A stretch of 64,000 bases of DNA from Macrostomum lignano (taxonomy: Eukaryota): NCBI GenBank assembly GCA_002269645.1, contig NIVC01001013.1, positions 247,142-311,141 on the forward strand. The letters are read 5' to 3'. A program made the position numbers and the translations under genes. Numbering within the stretch: the first letter of the stretch is position 1; each line of letters begins with the position of its first letter. This document shows, piece after piece, positions 10,495-22,947 of the stretch. Below the pieces are notes generated by a model, which made no database searches, was not told the origin of the DNA, and saw only the letters and a list, made by a program, of their open reading frames with translations.

Positions 10495-12668
10495 TCACTG
10501 CAACGGCGGGCAGTCCTGGTGCAGGAAGTTCCTGGGCTGGATGACGCCTTTCTGACGCTCGACATCCGAGGCCAGGTAGCCGAGAGCCGCCTCCATCACT
10601 TGCGGATCGGCCTCTGAGTTCAGCTGGTACAGGTAGGTGTACAATCGCTTCCAAGTGTCGAAATTCACTCGAGCCGGGCCGCCCTCAGGATCGGCGGTGA
10701 GCTGCTCGCAGATGAGCTTCATGGTGCCGGTCAGGTCGCTGCACAGGGAGGCGCAAGCGACGGCGAAGAATTTCAGCCATTCCACTTTGCCAGTGAAGTC
10801 GCCGATCTGGGTAGTTAGGAGTTCGCCAGTCTTTGCGTTATTTTGTTTTGGTGTTGTGTTGCTGCTGGTTACAGGGTATACAGCAGGGTCGTTTTGGGTT
10901 CCAGGGGCGCCAAGTTAGGTTTTAAGGGCTTCAATTCAGTTGCAAGGACGACAATTCAGTTTCTAGGGCGCAATTTCAGTTGCTAGGGCGACAAATGATT
11001 CAATTGCTAGAGGCCGCCAAGTTAGTTGTAAGGGAGTCAATTCAGTTGCAAAGGCGCAAACTCAGTGCAAAAAGGTGCAAATTGATTTAGTTGTTAGGGG
11101 CGCCGGGTGCTAGGGGAGCCAATTGTCAGGTGCTAGGGGAGCCAATTGTCAGGTGCTAGGGGAGCCAATCGTCAGGAGCTAGGGGAGCCAATTGTCAGGA
11201 GCTAGGGGAGCCAATCGTCAGGAGCTAGGGGAGCCAATTGTCAGGTGCTAGGGGAGCCAATTGTCAGGAGCTAGGGGAGCCAATTGTCAGGTGCTAGGGG
11301 AGCCAATTGTCAGTAGCTAGGGGAGCCAATTGTCAGGAGCTAGGGGAGCCAATTGTCAGGTGCTAGGGGAGCCAATTGTCAGGAGCTAGGGGAGCCAATT
11401 GTCAGGTGCTAGGGGAGCCAATTGTCAGTAGCTAGGGGAGCCAATTGTCAGGAGCTAGGGGAGCCAATTGTCAGGTGCTAGGGGAGCCAATTGTCAGGAG
11501 CTAGGGGAGCCAATTGTCAGGTGCTAGGGGAGCCAATTGTCAGGTGCTAGGGGAGCCAATTGTCAGGAGCTAGGGGAGCCAATTGTCAGGTGCTAGGGGA
11601 GCCAATTGTCAGGTGCTAGGGGAGCCAATTGTCAGGTGCTAGGGAAGCCAATTGTCAGGTGCTAGGGGAGCCAATTGTCAGGAGCTAGGGGAGCCAATTG
11701 TCAGGTGCTAGGGTAACCAAGTCAGGTGCTAGGGGAGCCAATTTTCAGGAGCTAGGGGAGCCAATTGTCAGGTGCTAGGGTAACCAAGTCAGGTGCTAGG
11801 GGAGCCAAGTCAGGTGCTGGGGTAACCAAGTCAGGTGCTGGGGTAACCAAGTCAGGTGCTGGGGTAACCAAGTCAGGTGCTAGGGGAGCCAAGTCAGGTG
11901 CTGGGGTAACCAAGTCAGGTGCTAGGGGAGCCAATTGTCAGGTGCTAGGGTAACCAAGTCAGGTGCTAGGGGAGCCAAGTCAGGTGCTGGGGTAACCAAG
12001 TCAGGTGCTAGGGGAGCCAAGTCAGGTGCTAGGGTAACCAAGTCAGGTGCTAGGGGAGCCAATTGTCAGGTGCTAGGGTAACCAAGTCAGGTGCTAGGTG
12101 AGCCAAGTTCCTTTAAAAAACAGCCTGTCATAAAAATATTTTTGACCCGCTGAACGGAGCGGACTGTGCTAGAACTATCGAGCCGCTAAGAGCACATTCC
12201 TGGTGGTACAATGTATGCATACTGTATTTTAATAAAGGATTCGCTATCTAAAACGAATATCACAAAAATACGCTGATTGCACCCTGAATGGCATTCAGTA
12301 TTCACCTGGAACAGTTCCTGCAGACGCTCTTCCGGCAGATTTAGCGCCTTCCATTTTTCTGTGATGTCGCTTACTTCAACTTGCTTCTTTGGGCCCAGCT
12401 GCTTGTTGAGCACTCGGAGCAGACCGGGAGTGAGGCCGGTGTCCGTCTTCTGCGTTGCGGTTGCCATCTCGAGGCGCTCCTTCACTGGCGGAGTTTCACC
12501 GTCGGCCATGGCACGGAAGTAAGCGGCTGCCCAAGCCAGCACATCTGGCGGCTGGGTGCGGATTGCAGATTTGGTGAATTGCTTCAGGATGTCTGGCAAT
12601 GGGGGCGGGATCTGAATCTGCTCCGAGCAGTAGTAGGGGTCACCATTGTCTTTGTTTTCACCAGACAT
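10495..12668 (-). CDS. ROPN1L: Ropporin-1-like (RIIa D/D-domain, AKAP-binding ciliary/flagellar protein), 2 exons: 12668-12306, 10806-10495 (~224 aa)
   Basis: N-terminal YCSEQIQIPPPLPDILKQFTKSAIRTQPPDVLAWAAAYF (RIIa-like domain). CAG|GTGAAT donor at 12305 and cccag acceptor at 10807 join in phase 0 to IGDFTGKVEWLKFFAVACASL..MKLICEQLTADPEGGPARV, which matches the ropporin family. Confidence 0.88.
11105..12105. repeat. 23-bp/21-bp minisatellite in the ROPN1L intron
   Basis: GTGCTAGGGGAGCCAATTGTCAG grading into GTGCTGGGGTAACCAAGTCAG. Confidence 0.92.
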
Positions 12669-14702
12669 TGCCAAGCCTTGAATGATAATTTTGGTTGTTG
12701 AAGCCTTGAAACTATGGCGACTGGAAAGAAAAAAATGTTTGGATTACTTACAGTAAAAAACTAGAATGTTTATTTATTATTGAAAACAATTATTGATAAA
12801 GTAGGTCTTCGACTTCAAAAAGATATAGAAAATAGGGAAATATTTATCAAGAGTTATTAAACAAGCACAACTTATTTTTACTCTTAAATAAACTTTGTTT
12901 ATAAGTTGTAGAAAAGTAGAGAAAGTCTAGAGAAAAAATGGAACAACTGGGCCATGATATTGAAGTTAAAATTAGGTTCAAAATTAATTTCGTGGAGAAG
13001 TATATTTTATGTGTTTAGAACATTTAACAATTTAGATATACCAGAAAGGCATCATTTAAAATTCATAAAGCAAGTGGTTTATGATAGGTAGGCCAATATG
13101 ATAAATCAAAAAGTAAAGCGATTTATTCATTTAATACTCATTTTTCTATTTCTGTGACTGTATAGAAAGAAACGGTCCTTAAAACGTGCATCTAGCTACT
13201 GACAAATTAACAAACTAAAGGCACATAAGCACACTGCTTAACTTGACTACATAACTGTGTGACTAAAAAGAAAATTTTGCTAAAATTCTAAGCTTTCTAG
13301 CTACCTCTAATATCCATTAAGATAAGAATTTGAAATAAGATACATGATTTATTCTAAAGCTCAAAAATAATTAACTAATTGTTTGGTGAAAATTATTTAT
13401 AACATTGAAATATATGCTAGTGCCGTATAGTGCGCTGCGCAGGAGGCAGGAATCCATGCAAACAAGATTTAACTAACGTAAGCTTCATTGCTATTATTGC
13501 AGCTGATTTACTACAAAAAAGCACCTTTCGCTGTCTTAACACTCATGCATGTACTATGTGTTTTTGATCAAACAGATCACAACAAAATCTCGAATATTGA
13601 ATAGTCACTGGAATTTTAATATAAAATCAATAATAAATTAAAAGCAACATTGATACTTTCTGTAAACAATGTTTTATCAAAGGTAGTGAAGCTTTTTAAT
13701 TTTAAAAGTGATAAATAAGCGTAAGGAATAGTTGAATTTACTTTTAAGTCTAATTTTGCAATTCGTTTAACATGTTTTGTTTAAAAAAGTGTAAAGCAGC
13801 CCGAAAGAAATTATTTATCAAGGATGACTTAAGTAGTCCTTGAAATCTATAGAAATGAGAGTATCACGAAATCATCACAAAAATATATCACATTTCTCAT
13901 TTACCAATATTAATAATGATTGTGTGACTGGTGACTCAAACGTGAAAAAAAAAAAATCTAATGATTTTTGTTTTGCAGATTTAGTGTCATCACTATTTAA
14001 GCCGAGGCCCTAGAGCTAGGCGGCCTAGGGACTTTAGTCAGTTATGACGACATATCTTATTAAGTTATTCTTACATTTTTAGTTGACTTTTGCTTGCTCT
14101 AGGATCAGGAGAGCCTTTATTTGTGCTCTTTTGAAGAGTTGTTAATTAATACAAAATTATTTCTTTTGTTACTATCACTGTGCCAGCACAATGAGCATTA
14201 ACAAAGCAAATTAGTAGGCATAAAACCCAGACTAAGACAAGACAAATAGATTGTCTAAATATCTCATGCCCTAGTTATATTTAAAAATTAATAAATACAA
14301 CATACAACATTATACATTAGGCCTAATACTATTGTTAGTTACTATATTTAATTTAGTTTGATTTGATAACTTTGTCATTGGTAGGGGGGCTTATTTATAT
14401 TTGAATTGAATAGGCCTATATTGATTTGAATATAAAATACTTAGCTGGTGCATGGTGGTATAGGCCTAGGTAATTTACTCTGAGTCTTTTAGAAAAGAAG
14501 TGCACATATACTTTTTGCACTCTGTTTTGTTTACTTTGTTTACTTTGCTAACACTTATTTGCTCAATTTATCTTGATCTAATATACTTAAAAACTTTGAG
14601 TAGGGGGCCTACAAATTTTTTAATTCACTTTTTACATAATCCACTTTGTTTATAACCTGTGTTTCTAATAAAAAGCAACTTTAAATTTATATTGCTTGAT
14701 AA

Positions 14703-14893
14703 CAGTGGCGGATCCTGGGAGGGGGGGGGGCAAGGGGGCCATGGCCCCCCTCAGCTGCCTCGAAAAAAATTCTGCTCTTGGCCTTTGGCCCCCTTCTAAG
14801 TAAAGAAAGGGCTTGGGCCTTGGGGTGGGTTCCTACTTGGGGCAGTATGAAAAAAGTTGCCCCTCCCTCAAGAAATTCCTGGATTTGCGTCTG
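14703..14893. mobile_element. Non-autonomous hAT-type MITE (191 bp)
   Basis: Imperfect TIRs CAGTGGCGGATCCTGGA / TCCTGGATTTGCGTCTG. Exact 8-bp target-site duplication CTTGATAA at 14695-14702 and 14894-14901. GC-rich insert in AT-rich DNA. Confidence 0.8.
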
Positions 14894-15360
14894 CTTGATA
14901 ATAATCTAAGTTGATTGAAATGCATCAAATGTAAGATAATATAGGCCTAGTAATATTTTTTTTAAATTAATTAATATAGAAATAATAAATTTTTACTTGT
15001 ATATTATAATGTTTTGATAGGTTACAAATAATATTTAGCAAAGAAGGATAGTAAGGTTGATAGAAGTAATAAATTTTCTTAGCTCCCTTTATAATTCTTT
15101 TAACCAAAGTAGAAAAAGTTATTTATCATTTTGTCTATGGCCAATGTTATCCCTTTCTTATGAACAACTTTGCTTATAGCCTAGAAAGCTATTTAATAGA
15201 ATAAATATTCTCTAGAATTGAATAGAGAATATTTATCTTATTATAGTGGTTTATTGTTAAATTGACTATACCAATTTTCTATTGCATGAACCTGCAGTCC
15301 AGCCCCTAGAGTAGCATCACCCCATTGATAGCTGAAGCAGACAATCCTACTGACCTTGCT

Positions 15361-17370
15361 ATGTCATCCAGCACTGGACACCGCTCTGGCAAGCTGGCAG
15401 CTGCAAAGAGCGAGAAGGACCTACTCCAGGACGTGCTGGGCATGCTGCTAAGAGACGAGGACAATAAGTACTGCGCCGACTGCGATGCTAAAAGTCCCCG
15501 CTGGGCCAGCTGGAACATTGGCGTATTCCTCTGCATCAGATGCGCCGGCATCCACAGGAAGCTGGGCGTGCACATCTCGCGAGTGAAATCTGTCAACTTG
15601 GACTCCTGGACAGCCGAACAGGTGGCTGGGGTGGCCGCTATTGGTAACTCGCTAGCCAGAGCCGCCTACGAGGCCAACGTGCCGGATGGATTCCGTCGGC
15701 CGCAGACGGACGCCACGCTTGAGCAGTTCATCAAGGCTAAGTATGAGGAGAAGCGCTACTTAGCCAGGGACTGGGTGCTGCCTAAACCCGATCCAGCTGC
15801 TGTGTACGATCTGCTCAAGACCAACACTGCTCAGCGACGAGCTGCCGCCGCTGCTAACTCTGCCGCCGCTGACGGCGTGTCGCCGAAGCTGCCGGCGCCC
15901 GCGCCCGCGCCAGCCAGGCGCTCTGCTGGCAACACCACCGCGGCAGTGAAGCCTCCGCCGCAGGCTGCGTCTCAATCAAAGCCTGAGCCACCGCCCCCAG
16001 AGCAGCAGCCGGCAGCTCCTTCAGCAGTGCCGCAGCAGCCGCCGCCAGATCTGCTTGGCGGTCTGGCCGATGACGGATTTGGCGACTTCTCTAGCGGCGG
16101 CGGCGGTGGCGGAGTCGTCAGCTCGCACGCCAACGATTTGGCATTCTTAAGCGAGGGCAGCGCCACGACCGCCACTGCTGCCGACCTGTTTGCCAGCGAT
16201 TCTTCTAATTCTGCCAACACCGCCGCTGCTCCAAAGAAATCTATGAAAGATTCTATCATGGCTTTGTATGGTCAGCAGAATGCCGCTGCTGCTGCTGCTG
16301 CTTCTAGTGGAGGCGGCGGATTTCTAGCTCACAATCAGCAGCAGCAACACTTTGGCGGGATGCAATACTCGATGAGTACTCCTCAACTAGCTTCTGTAGC
16401 CAATTCAACTGGCTACCAGCCTATGCCGCAGCAGCAACAGCAGCAGCAGTATCAGCAACAATATCCATTTCTGCAGCAGCAACATCAACCTCAACAGCAG
16501 CAGCAGCAGCAGTTCTCGGCTCTGTACAGTCAAACTGCTGGCGCTCTCTACTCAACAGGTGGGCAGTTTGGTCCGCCGCAATTTGGCGGCGTGCCGACAC
16601 CGTCTTCTCAGCAACAGCAGCAGCAGCAGCAGCACTATGGATTTCAGCCACCAGGCTATGTCAATAATCAGTCTGCTTATTTGCTACAAGTAAGTGTTGC
16701 TTAATATTTTTTATTTGGTTTCCTCTATACTAATTTTTAGCACTTTATTGTAGGATAGATTATAGATCTTATATACACTAGATAGGCCACTGGCCACTCC
16801 CCATTCAGACAATGAATAGAAAATGACACCCAATAATGACTCGGGGACAAACAATGTTCGCTTGCACTACTGAAAACTAATCGTCAGTAGTCTATGGACA
16901 TAGACGAAAAAAATATATTTCATCGCAATACTTAAGTATAAGATCCATGTCTATGGTATATACTATAAATGAAGTTCTCTGTGGCCTTGAGACTTCAAAT
17001 TTGGGTTTTAACTTCGAATGCCCCATTCCACGGCTTGGGTGTCTGCCATTGCAACTGCTTTTTTCAACAATGAAATTTTCAAAGCCCATTTGAACTTTCT
17101 TTGCCCTTTTACTTGCTCTGTCAGCGGCCCGCCATGTCCACAATAATTCAGTAACTTTAGCTAATAATGTATAATAATAATAATAGTATTAGTACTATTA
17201 ACCGTTTGCGGCAATTCCCACAGATACAGAGCCAGATGGCCGGATTAAACTTCAAAGGTGCCGCCAATTCTGCTGGCTTTCCGCAACAGCAGCAGCAGCA
17301 GCAGCAACAGCCGCAGCAATACGCTGCTCAACAGCAGTCTGCTTTTGCTGCTGGCGACTTTTGGAACTAG
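15361..17370 (+). CDS. SMAP1: Stromal membrane-associated protein (SMAP1/2-type ArfGAP), 2 exons: 15361-16689, 17224-17370 (~491 aa)
   Basis: ArfGAP zinc finger CADC-x16-CIRC with [10 protein letters not shown] and [23 protein letters not shown]-like [13 protein letters not shown] motif and Q-rich tail. CAA|GTAAGT donor at 16690 and cccacag acceptor at 17223 join in phase 0 to IQSQMAG...FWN*. Confidence 0.88.
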
Positions 17371-17699
17371 CTAGCCAATACAGTCAGGCAACAGGCCCAT
17401 AAGCACTCGTTTGTAACTTTTTAGCAAGCGCGGCTCAGCTGCACTAGTCGGGTTATTAAGAGCTTGTCCTAGGCTACCCAACACCCCATCGGCTTGACTC
17501 CTCTGTATTGCAATAGGCGCCAAACTAAACTAATGATTGAAATCTCGATCTTGCAAAATTTTTCCGTTTCAAAATTAGCAAAATAATTTTGCTGCTATCG
17601 GTACTGTGCTTTGGTAGGCTTAACTTGAAATCCGGATTATTTTTTGTTTTTATTTTGTTGGCTATTAGAATGGATTGCTAATATATTCAATATTACATA

Positions 17700-17845
17700 A
17701 TAGTAGTAATAATAATATTAATAATAACAATAATTGATTACACCTGCCCAAGTGGCAGATGTGCAACCGACAGCTCAGCCGCAGCGATTGCGCGGCGCAT
17801 CTGAAGGCTGCGTACGGCTGTTCGGTCCAAGGACTGGGGGCAGGG
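17700..17845 (-). mobile_element. 5'-truncated inverted copy of the same SINE 3' end
   Basis: 17731-17840 is the reverse complement of 18091-18183 (CAGATGTGCAACCGACAGCTCAGCCGCA...CTGCGTACGGCTGTTC.GTCCAAGGACTGGGGG) with a ~22-nt indel. It runs into a (TTA)n-like tail on the minus strand. Confidence 0.65.
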
Positions 17846-17910
17846 GGGACTAGGCTACAGTCCCGTAGTAAAGGGAATAAAACGAATTGCTAATCTATTT
17901 TAATATTAAA

Positions 17911-18185
17911 GGGTTTTAGCCTAGTGGTTACTCCCACGACTCACGACTTGAAGGTCGGGGTTCGACTCCCAATCCTAATCGGAACGATTTGTGTCCTTGA
18001 GCAAAGACACTTAACTCTGCATTGCTTCAGTTCACCCAGCTGTAAAATGGGTGCCAGCATTAGCTGGGGTAATTGAGGGTGTGTGGTGACCCCCCCCCAG
18101 TCCTTGGACTGAACAGCCGTACGCAGCATGCGGCTGAGCTGTCGGTTGCACATCTGGCCGTTAGAGCAGGTGTAGTCAATTATAT
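17911..18185 (+). mobile_element. tRNA-derived SINE with CORE-like central domain
   Basis: A-box-like TAGCCTAGTGG and B-box GGTTCGACTCC. These are followed by GTGTCCTTGAGCAAAGACACTTAACT...CAGCTGTAAAATGGG, which resembles the MIR/CORE domain (GTGACCTTGGGCAAGTCACTTAAC...CTGTAAAATGGG). AT-rich 3' end. Confidence 0.7.
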
Positions 18186-19311
18186 TAAACTATAAAGTGG
18201 ATACAATGAATTGCTAAACTATTCAAGGTAAAGGAAAATTGAATAGTTCCTCGTAATACGCTACTTGGTATTTTCTCGGCAGTGGATAATTTTATAACAC
18301 CTTAATAATTGCTTGCTCATTAATTACGCAAAACAGTATGCACTGATTCCAGTTAGTAATTTACAAAAATTCATTAATATTCATTGATATGATTGTTCAG
18401 ACAAATTATAGCAAAATTTGACCGTGTTAAAATTCTGGCAAATTTAAATGCTACATCAGAACTGCCTGTTCGGTATTCGATTCGATCTTCACAGCTCTAT
18501 CCAGTTGTATTTCGCATGCAAGCTATGATATAACTGTTCTAAGTTTTATTTGTTGATTAGCCCTTTTATTCGTTTTGTTCCTCGTCAGAAATGTATTCGA
18601 TTGGATTAATGCATTCAAAAATTGCATAATCGCTTTTTTGACAATTAAATTTTAATTGGTGTCTGTTCGCTTGTCCTTATTAATTTTTTTCTTCTATTAT
18701 TTATTAATCTATGCTACAATTTTCGCAACAAAGTGTGCTTAAAAAGTTGATAAGCGCAGAGTTTTTTCCGAGCGCATATATTTTCAATTGGCAGGTCCCT
18801 CCCTCGCTACTAACTGTTTTGTTTTGAGTAGTCTAATATGAATGTAAATTTTGATGATTATAAAAAAGTTTGCGCGTATTTTTTTAATAAATTAACTACA
18901 GACGTGTCCTGACCGTGTTTTTAGTTTTGTTAAATTTGTTGATGTTGTCCCAATGCTGGGGGGGCTAGAAATATTGATGACGGGGTCTGGATAAAATCAA
19001 CCTTTATTTTATGTGTAGCTGCAATAATTTGCTTGTCTATTTATTTAATAGGACTTGCCATTTATAAATGTTGTTATTGAAGACTGTTCTTCGAGTACCC
19101 CTGTCTCATCAGCCCCCGTGTCTAAATAACAACTTAAAGACCAGATTAAGCTTATTCTTTAGGATATTTAATTGTCTTGCAAATCAGTGTAATCAGATAC
19201 TAGCAAAATAACGGTTGTTGTCTTGTGCTTTTATTTATTTATATCACCAAAATATTTGACTTTGTCATCACTAGCACTGGTCGCTGGTCATTTTGAGTCC
19301 GTCATGGTCAC

Positions 19312-19500
19312 TTAAGTCGGTCATCTTCACTGGATGCTCATTTGAGTCAGTCATCTTCACTGGATGCTCATTTGAGTCAGTCATCTTCACTGGATGCTCA
19401 TTTGAGTCAGTCATCTTCACTGGATGCTTGCATTTGAGTCAGTCATCTTCACTGGATGCTCATTTGAGTCAGTCATCTTCACTGGATGCTCATTTGAGTC
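19312..19500. repeat. 30-bp minisatellite (~6 copies)
   Basis: Unit GAGTCAGTCATCTTCACTGGATGCTCATTT. Confidence 0.9.
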
Positions 19501-20416
19501 GGCTCATCATCACTAGATTTGAGTCGGTCACCACAGCTCGATCATGTTTTTGAGGCGGTCATCTCTTCATGTCATCTCTCGTTACACTGTCGATTCGCGA
19601 GAATTCGGGCCACTGGCTACTGGCTTTTAACTACCAGATTGAAAATAAAGTTTTTATCAATGCTTCAATCGAAAAAAGGTGCCCCGTTAAAGCAGTCAGT
19701 CGGTCATGAGACGGTATCTGCCAATGCCTCCTTTTTTATCGGAAGTCCACAGCGACATCTGGTCTCGCTGTCTAAGTGCCAAGGCCACTACAAATGGATT
19801 CCTTCGGTTTCTGTTCTTGCCGCGAAAAAAACATTTCTGAACGGCCCGGCAATGCCATTGTTTTCATCCTCCGCCTGTCTGTCTGTCCGATATCTGATTT
19901 CGGAGAAGAGGATTTTCCGCCCGATCGACGTTAAGCGCTTTAACTTGGTCTTTGACTTCCTCTACTCATTGCGATCACATTAATAGCTTGTATTGTCTGC
20001 TGTCTGAGCCGGAGTGGCAACCCGCGATACTCACTGATTCTTAGACATTCAACTGTCTGATGAGAGCAGGTGGCCAAGACTTTAATAGCTCAGATATTGC
20101 TTGTCTTATACACAGCTATACACGGTGTAGAATGCCTGTAGCTGGTCCTGGGGACTGGGCTTGCGCACCTGGCTCAGGTTGGAGTCAAATTTAAACCTTC
20201 GATCTAGCCGGATTTCCTCTCTGGGCAAAGTTTCATGTTTCAATTTGCCTTGAGCTTTGGCTTTCACCCTGTCTACGAGTGTTAAGTGCTTTTGTAATTA
20301 TAAATCTTAGTAGCTGACTTGTTGCAATTGAATCTATGGATATACTCCTGCATACATGTATTTAAATCGAAAATAAGTGAATGCAGGAGGCAGTTGCTTT
20401 TACATTCGCCCCCTTA

Positions 20417-21030
20417 GAATCACTCCTGATCCGCCCCACAAGAATCACTCCTGATCCGCCCTACAAGAATCACTCCTAATCCGCCCATGAGAATCACTCC
20501 TGATCTGCCCCACAAGAATCACTCCTGATCCGCCCCACAAGAATCACTCCTGATCTGCCCCATGAGAGTCACTCCTGATCCGCCCCACAAGAATCACTCC
20601 TGATCTGCCCCATGAGAGTCACTCCTGATCCGCCCCACAAGAATCACTCCTGATCTGCCCCATGAGAGTCACTCCTGATCCGCCCCACAAGAATCACTCC
20701 TGATCCGCCCCACAAGAATCACTCCTGATCCGCCCCACAAGAATCACTCCTGATCCGCCCTACAAGAATCACTCCTGATCCGCCCCATGAGAATCACTCC
20801 TGATCCGCCCCACAAGAATCACTCCTGATCCGCCCTACAAGAATCACTCCTGATCCGCCCCATGAGAATCACTCCTGATCCGCCCCACAAGAATCACTCC
20901 TGATCCGCCCTACAAGAATCACTCCTGATCCGCCCCATGAGAATCACTCCTGATCCGCCCCATGAGAATCACTCCTGATCCACCACATGAGAATCACTCC
21001 TGATCCGCCCCATGAGAATCACTCCTGATC
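20417..21030. repeat. 25-bp minisatellite (~24 copies)
   Basis: Unit AGAATCACTCCTGATCCGCCCCA(C/T)(A/G). Confidence 0.92.
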
Positions 21031-21692
21031 CAAAAGCAAAGTTTAATATTGCTAACTATTGCAGTTTGCAAGCCATAGTGAGTAAAATATGTTTTCAAAT
21101 AATGCGTCAATCCAATATAGATCGCTAGCGTCTCTCAATGCAGCGGGGATCCGTGATCCATACGTGACACGATCAGGTTGATCGCTCGCTACCGCCAGTT
21201 CTGAGACAGTATTTAATAACCAACTCTAATAGCCAATATCGTTCTGTTTGTATCGGACCCGAAGAGCAAACAGGTTTGACAATCGAAACTGCCAGGGTCG
21301 GTGGTCCGTCGTAATTTGTTTGGATTTTCACTCGCATGAACTCCGAATCGAAGCTATATGAGCTCATAGAGATTGTTGAGTCTTTGTGCTAACAGGAGTC
21401 TTGGTTCATTTGCACTGGGTGTGCGCAATCAACCAAAACTTGGTTTCGCAACCTCTCTTGTTAATTTTAGACAGATCATGTCTGGGACATTGCCACACAG
21501 CCGCAGTTGTGTGGAATTGAGGGCGCATCGCTTACGACTAACTAATGCAAGCTAATTGCTTCGGAATTTCAAAAATTGGAGGTGATGCGTGTCTTCAAAT
21601 AGACTCGGAATTTGTAGGGCCATGCTGCAGTAAATTTTCCCAAAGTTTTCCGAAGCCAGCCATACTTAAAGCTAGCAAGTCGGCCTGGACCT

Positions 21693-22135
21693 TCCAGATC
21701 CTCAGACTAGAATTCTCCCAGATCCTCAGACTAGAGTTCTCCCAGATCCTCAGACTAGAATTCTCCCAGATGCTCAATCTAGAGTTCACCCAGATGCTCA
21801 GACTAGAATTCTACCAGATCCTCAGACCAGAATTCTCCCAGATCCTCAGACTAGAGTTCTCCCAGATCCTCAGACTAGAATTCTCCCAGATCCTCAGACT
21901 AGAATTCTCCCAGATGCTCAATCTAGAGTTCACCCAGATGCTCAGACTAGAATTCTACCAGATCCTCAAACTAGAATTCTCCCAGATCCTCAGACTAGAG
22001 TTCTCCCAGATCCTCAGACTAGAATTCTCCCAGATGCTCAATCTAGAGTTCTCCCAGATGCTCAGACTAGAATTCTTCCAGATCCTCAAACTAGAATTCT
22101 CCCAGATCCTCAGACTAGAATTCTCCCAGATCCTC
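21693..22135. repeat. 24-bp minisatellite (~18 copies)
   Basis: Unit CAGATCCTCAGACTAGAATTCTCC. Confidence 0.92.
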
Positions 22136-22552
22136 GGAATAGAATTAAAACACGGTTTTACTCAGCTTCACTTGAACAGCACAGACCCCAAGTCTTTTCT
22201 GTGAACTCTTGATTTTCTCAAAAAAAAGAATGCGTCTGGAAAAAGACTATAAAAAGCCATCCAGACTGCAGCAATGAACATCGCACTCTCATCGCTTGGG
22301 TCAATATGCTGGCAGTAAATAAACGGAATGTAAATTTTCTGACAATGGCCCATTCAGGCAAACAGAGCCTGATTATGCAAATGAGGCATTGTGTCTGTAG
22401 TTACAGACCGGCACAATGCGCCCCGTGATAGCGGACTAGTCAGGTAGGTATTGGCCTGCTAAAACTCTTTCTATTATATCTATATACTATTAAAATTGGT
22501 CAGAATTTCATTTTCTGTTACTCATTTCGGCACGTCCAGCAACAAATCTACG

Positions 22553-22556
<4 letters not shown>

Positions 22557-22590
<34 letters not shown>
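22557..22590. repeat. (CT)n microsatellite
   Basis: Pure CT run. Confidence 0.9.
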
Positions 22591-22592
<2 letters not shown>

Positions 22593-22947
22593 AAAGTCGC
22601 AGTTTTTCTTAATTAAAAGCTCTCTCGAGTTCAGAAAGTTGATAAATGCCAAGGTGCCGCCGCTAGCTGGCCAACTGAGCACGTAGTCAGCTCATCAATT
22701 GTGCGCTGGCCAGTGCGAGGTGTGACTGCAAAGCGAGTTGAGGGGCCTGTCTGGCAGGGGGAGCTGGTCCTGTGCCTGAGTCTAATTTATGACGCCGCAT
22801 ATTTCTCTGTTGCTCGGCTTTCTTAATAATATTGACTGATTTGGGGCCCGGCCATCTCTATATGGCTTCTACGCAGGTAATTAGTTTGTGCGGCATCCTG
22901 AAATCACCGGGATAATTGGCTATTGTGGGGCGAAAATTCTTATATTC

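Noticed and set aside
16780-17140. Possible MITE in the SMAP intron (GCGGCCCGCC motif)
   Set aside because: Could not identify matching TIRs or a TSD.
17911-17990. Possible tRNA gene (A/B boxes)
   Set aside because: No complete cloverleaf or acceptor stem, and it continues into a CORE-like domain; interpreted as a SINE head.
19519-21700. Short ORFs in unique DNA (19519-19983, 21173-21555) as possible transposon remnants
   Set aside because: No recognisable RT, integrase or transposase motifs in the frames I translated.
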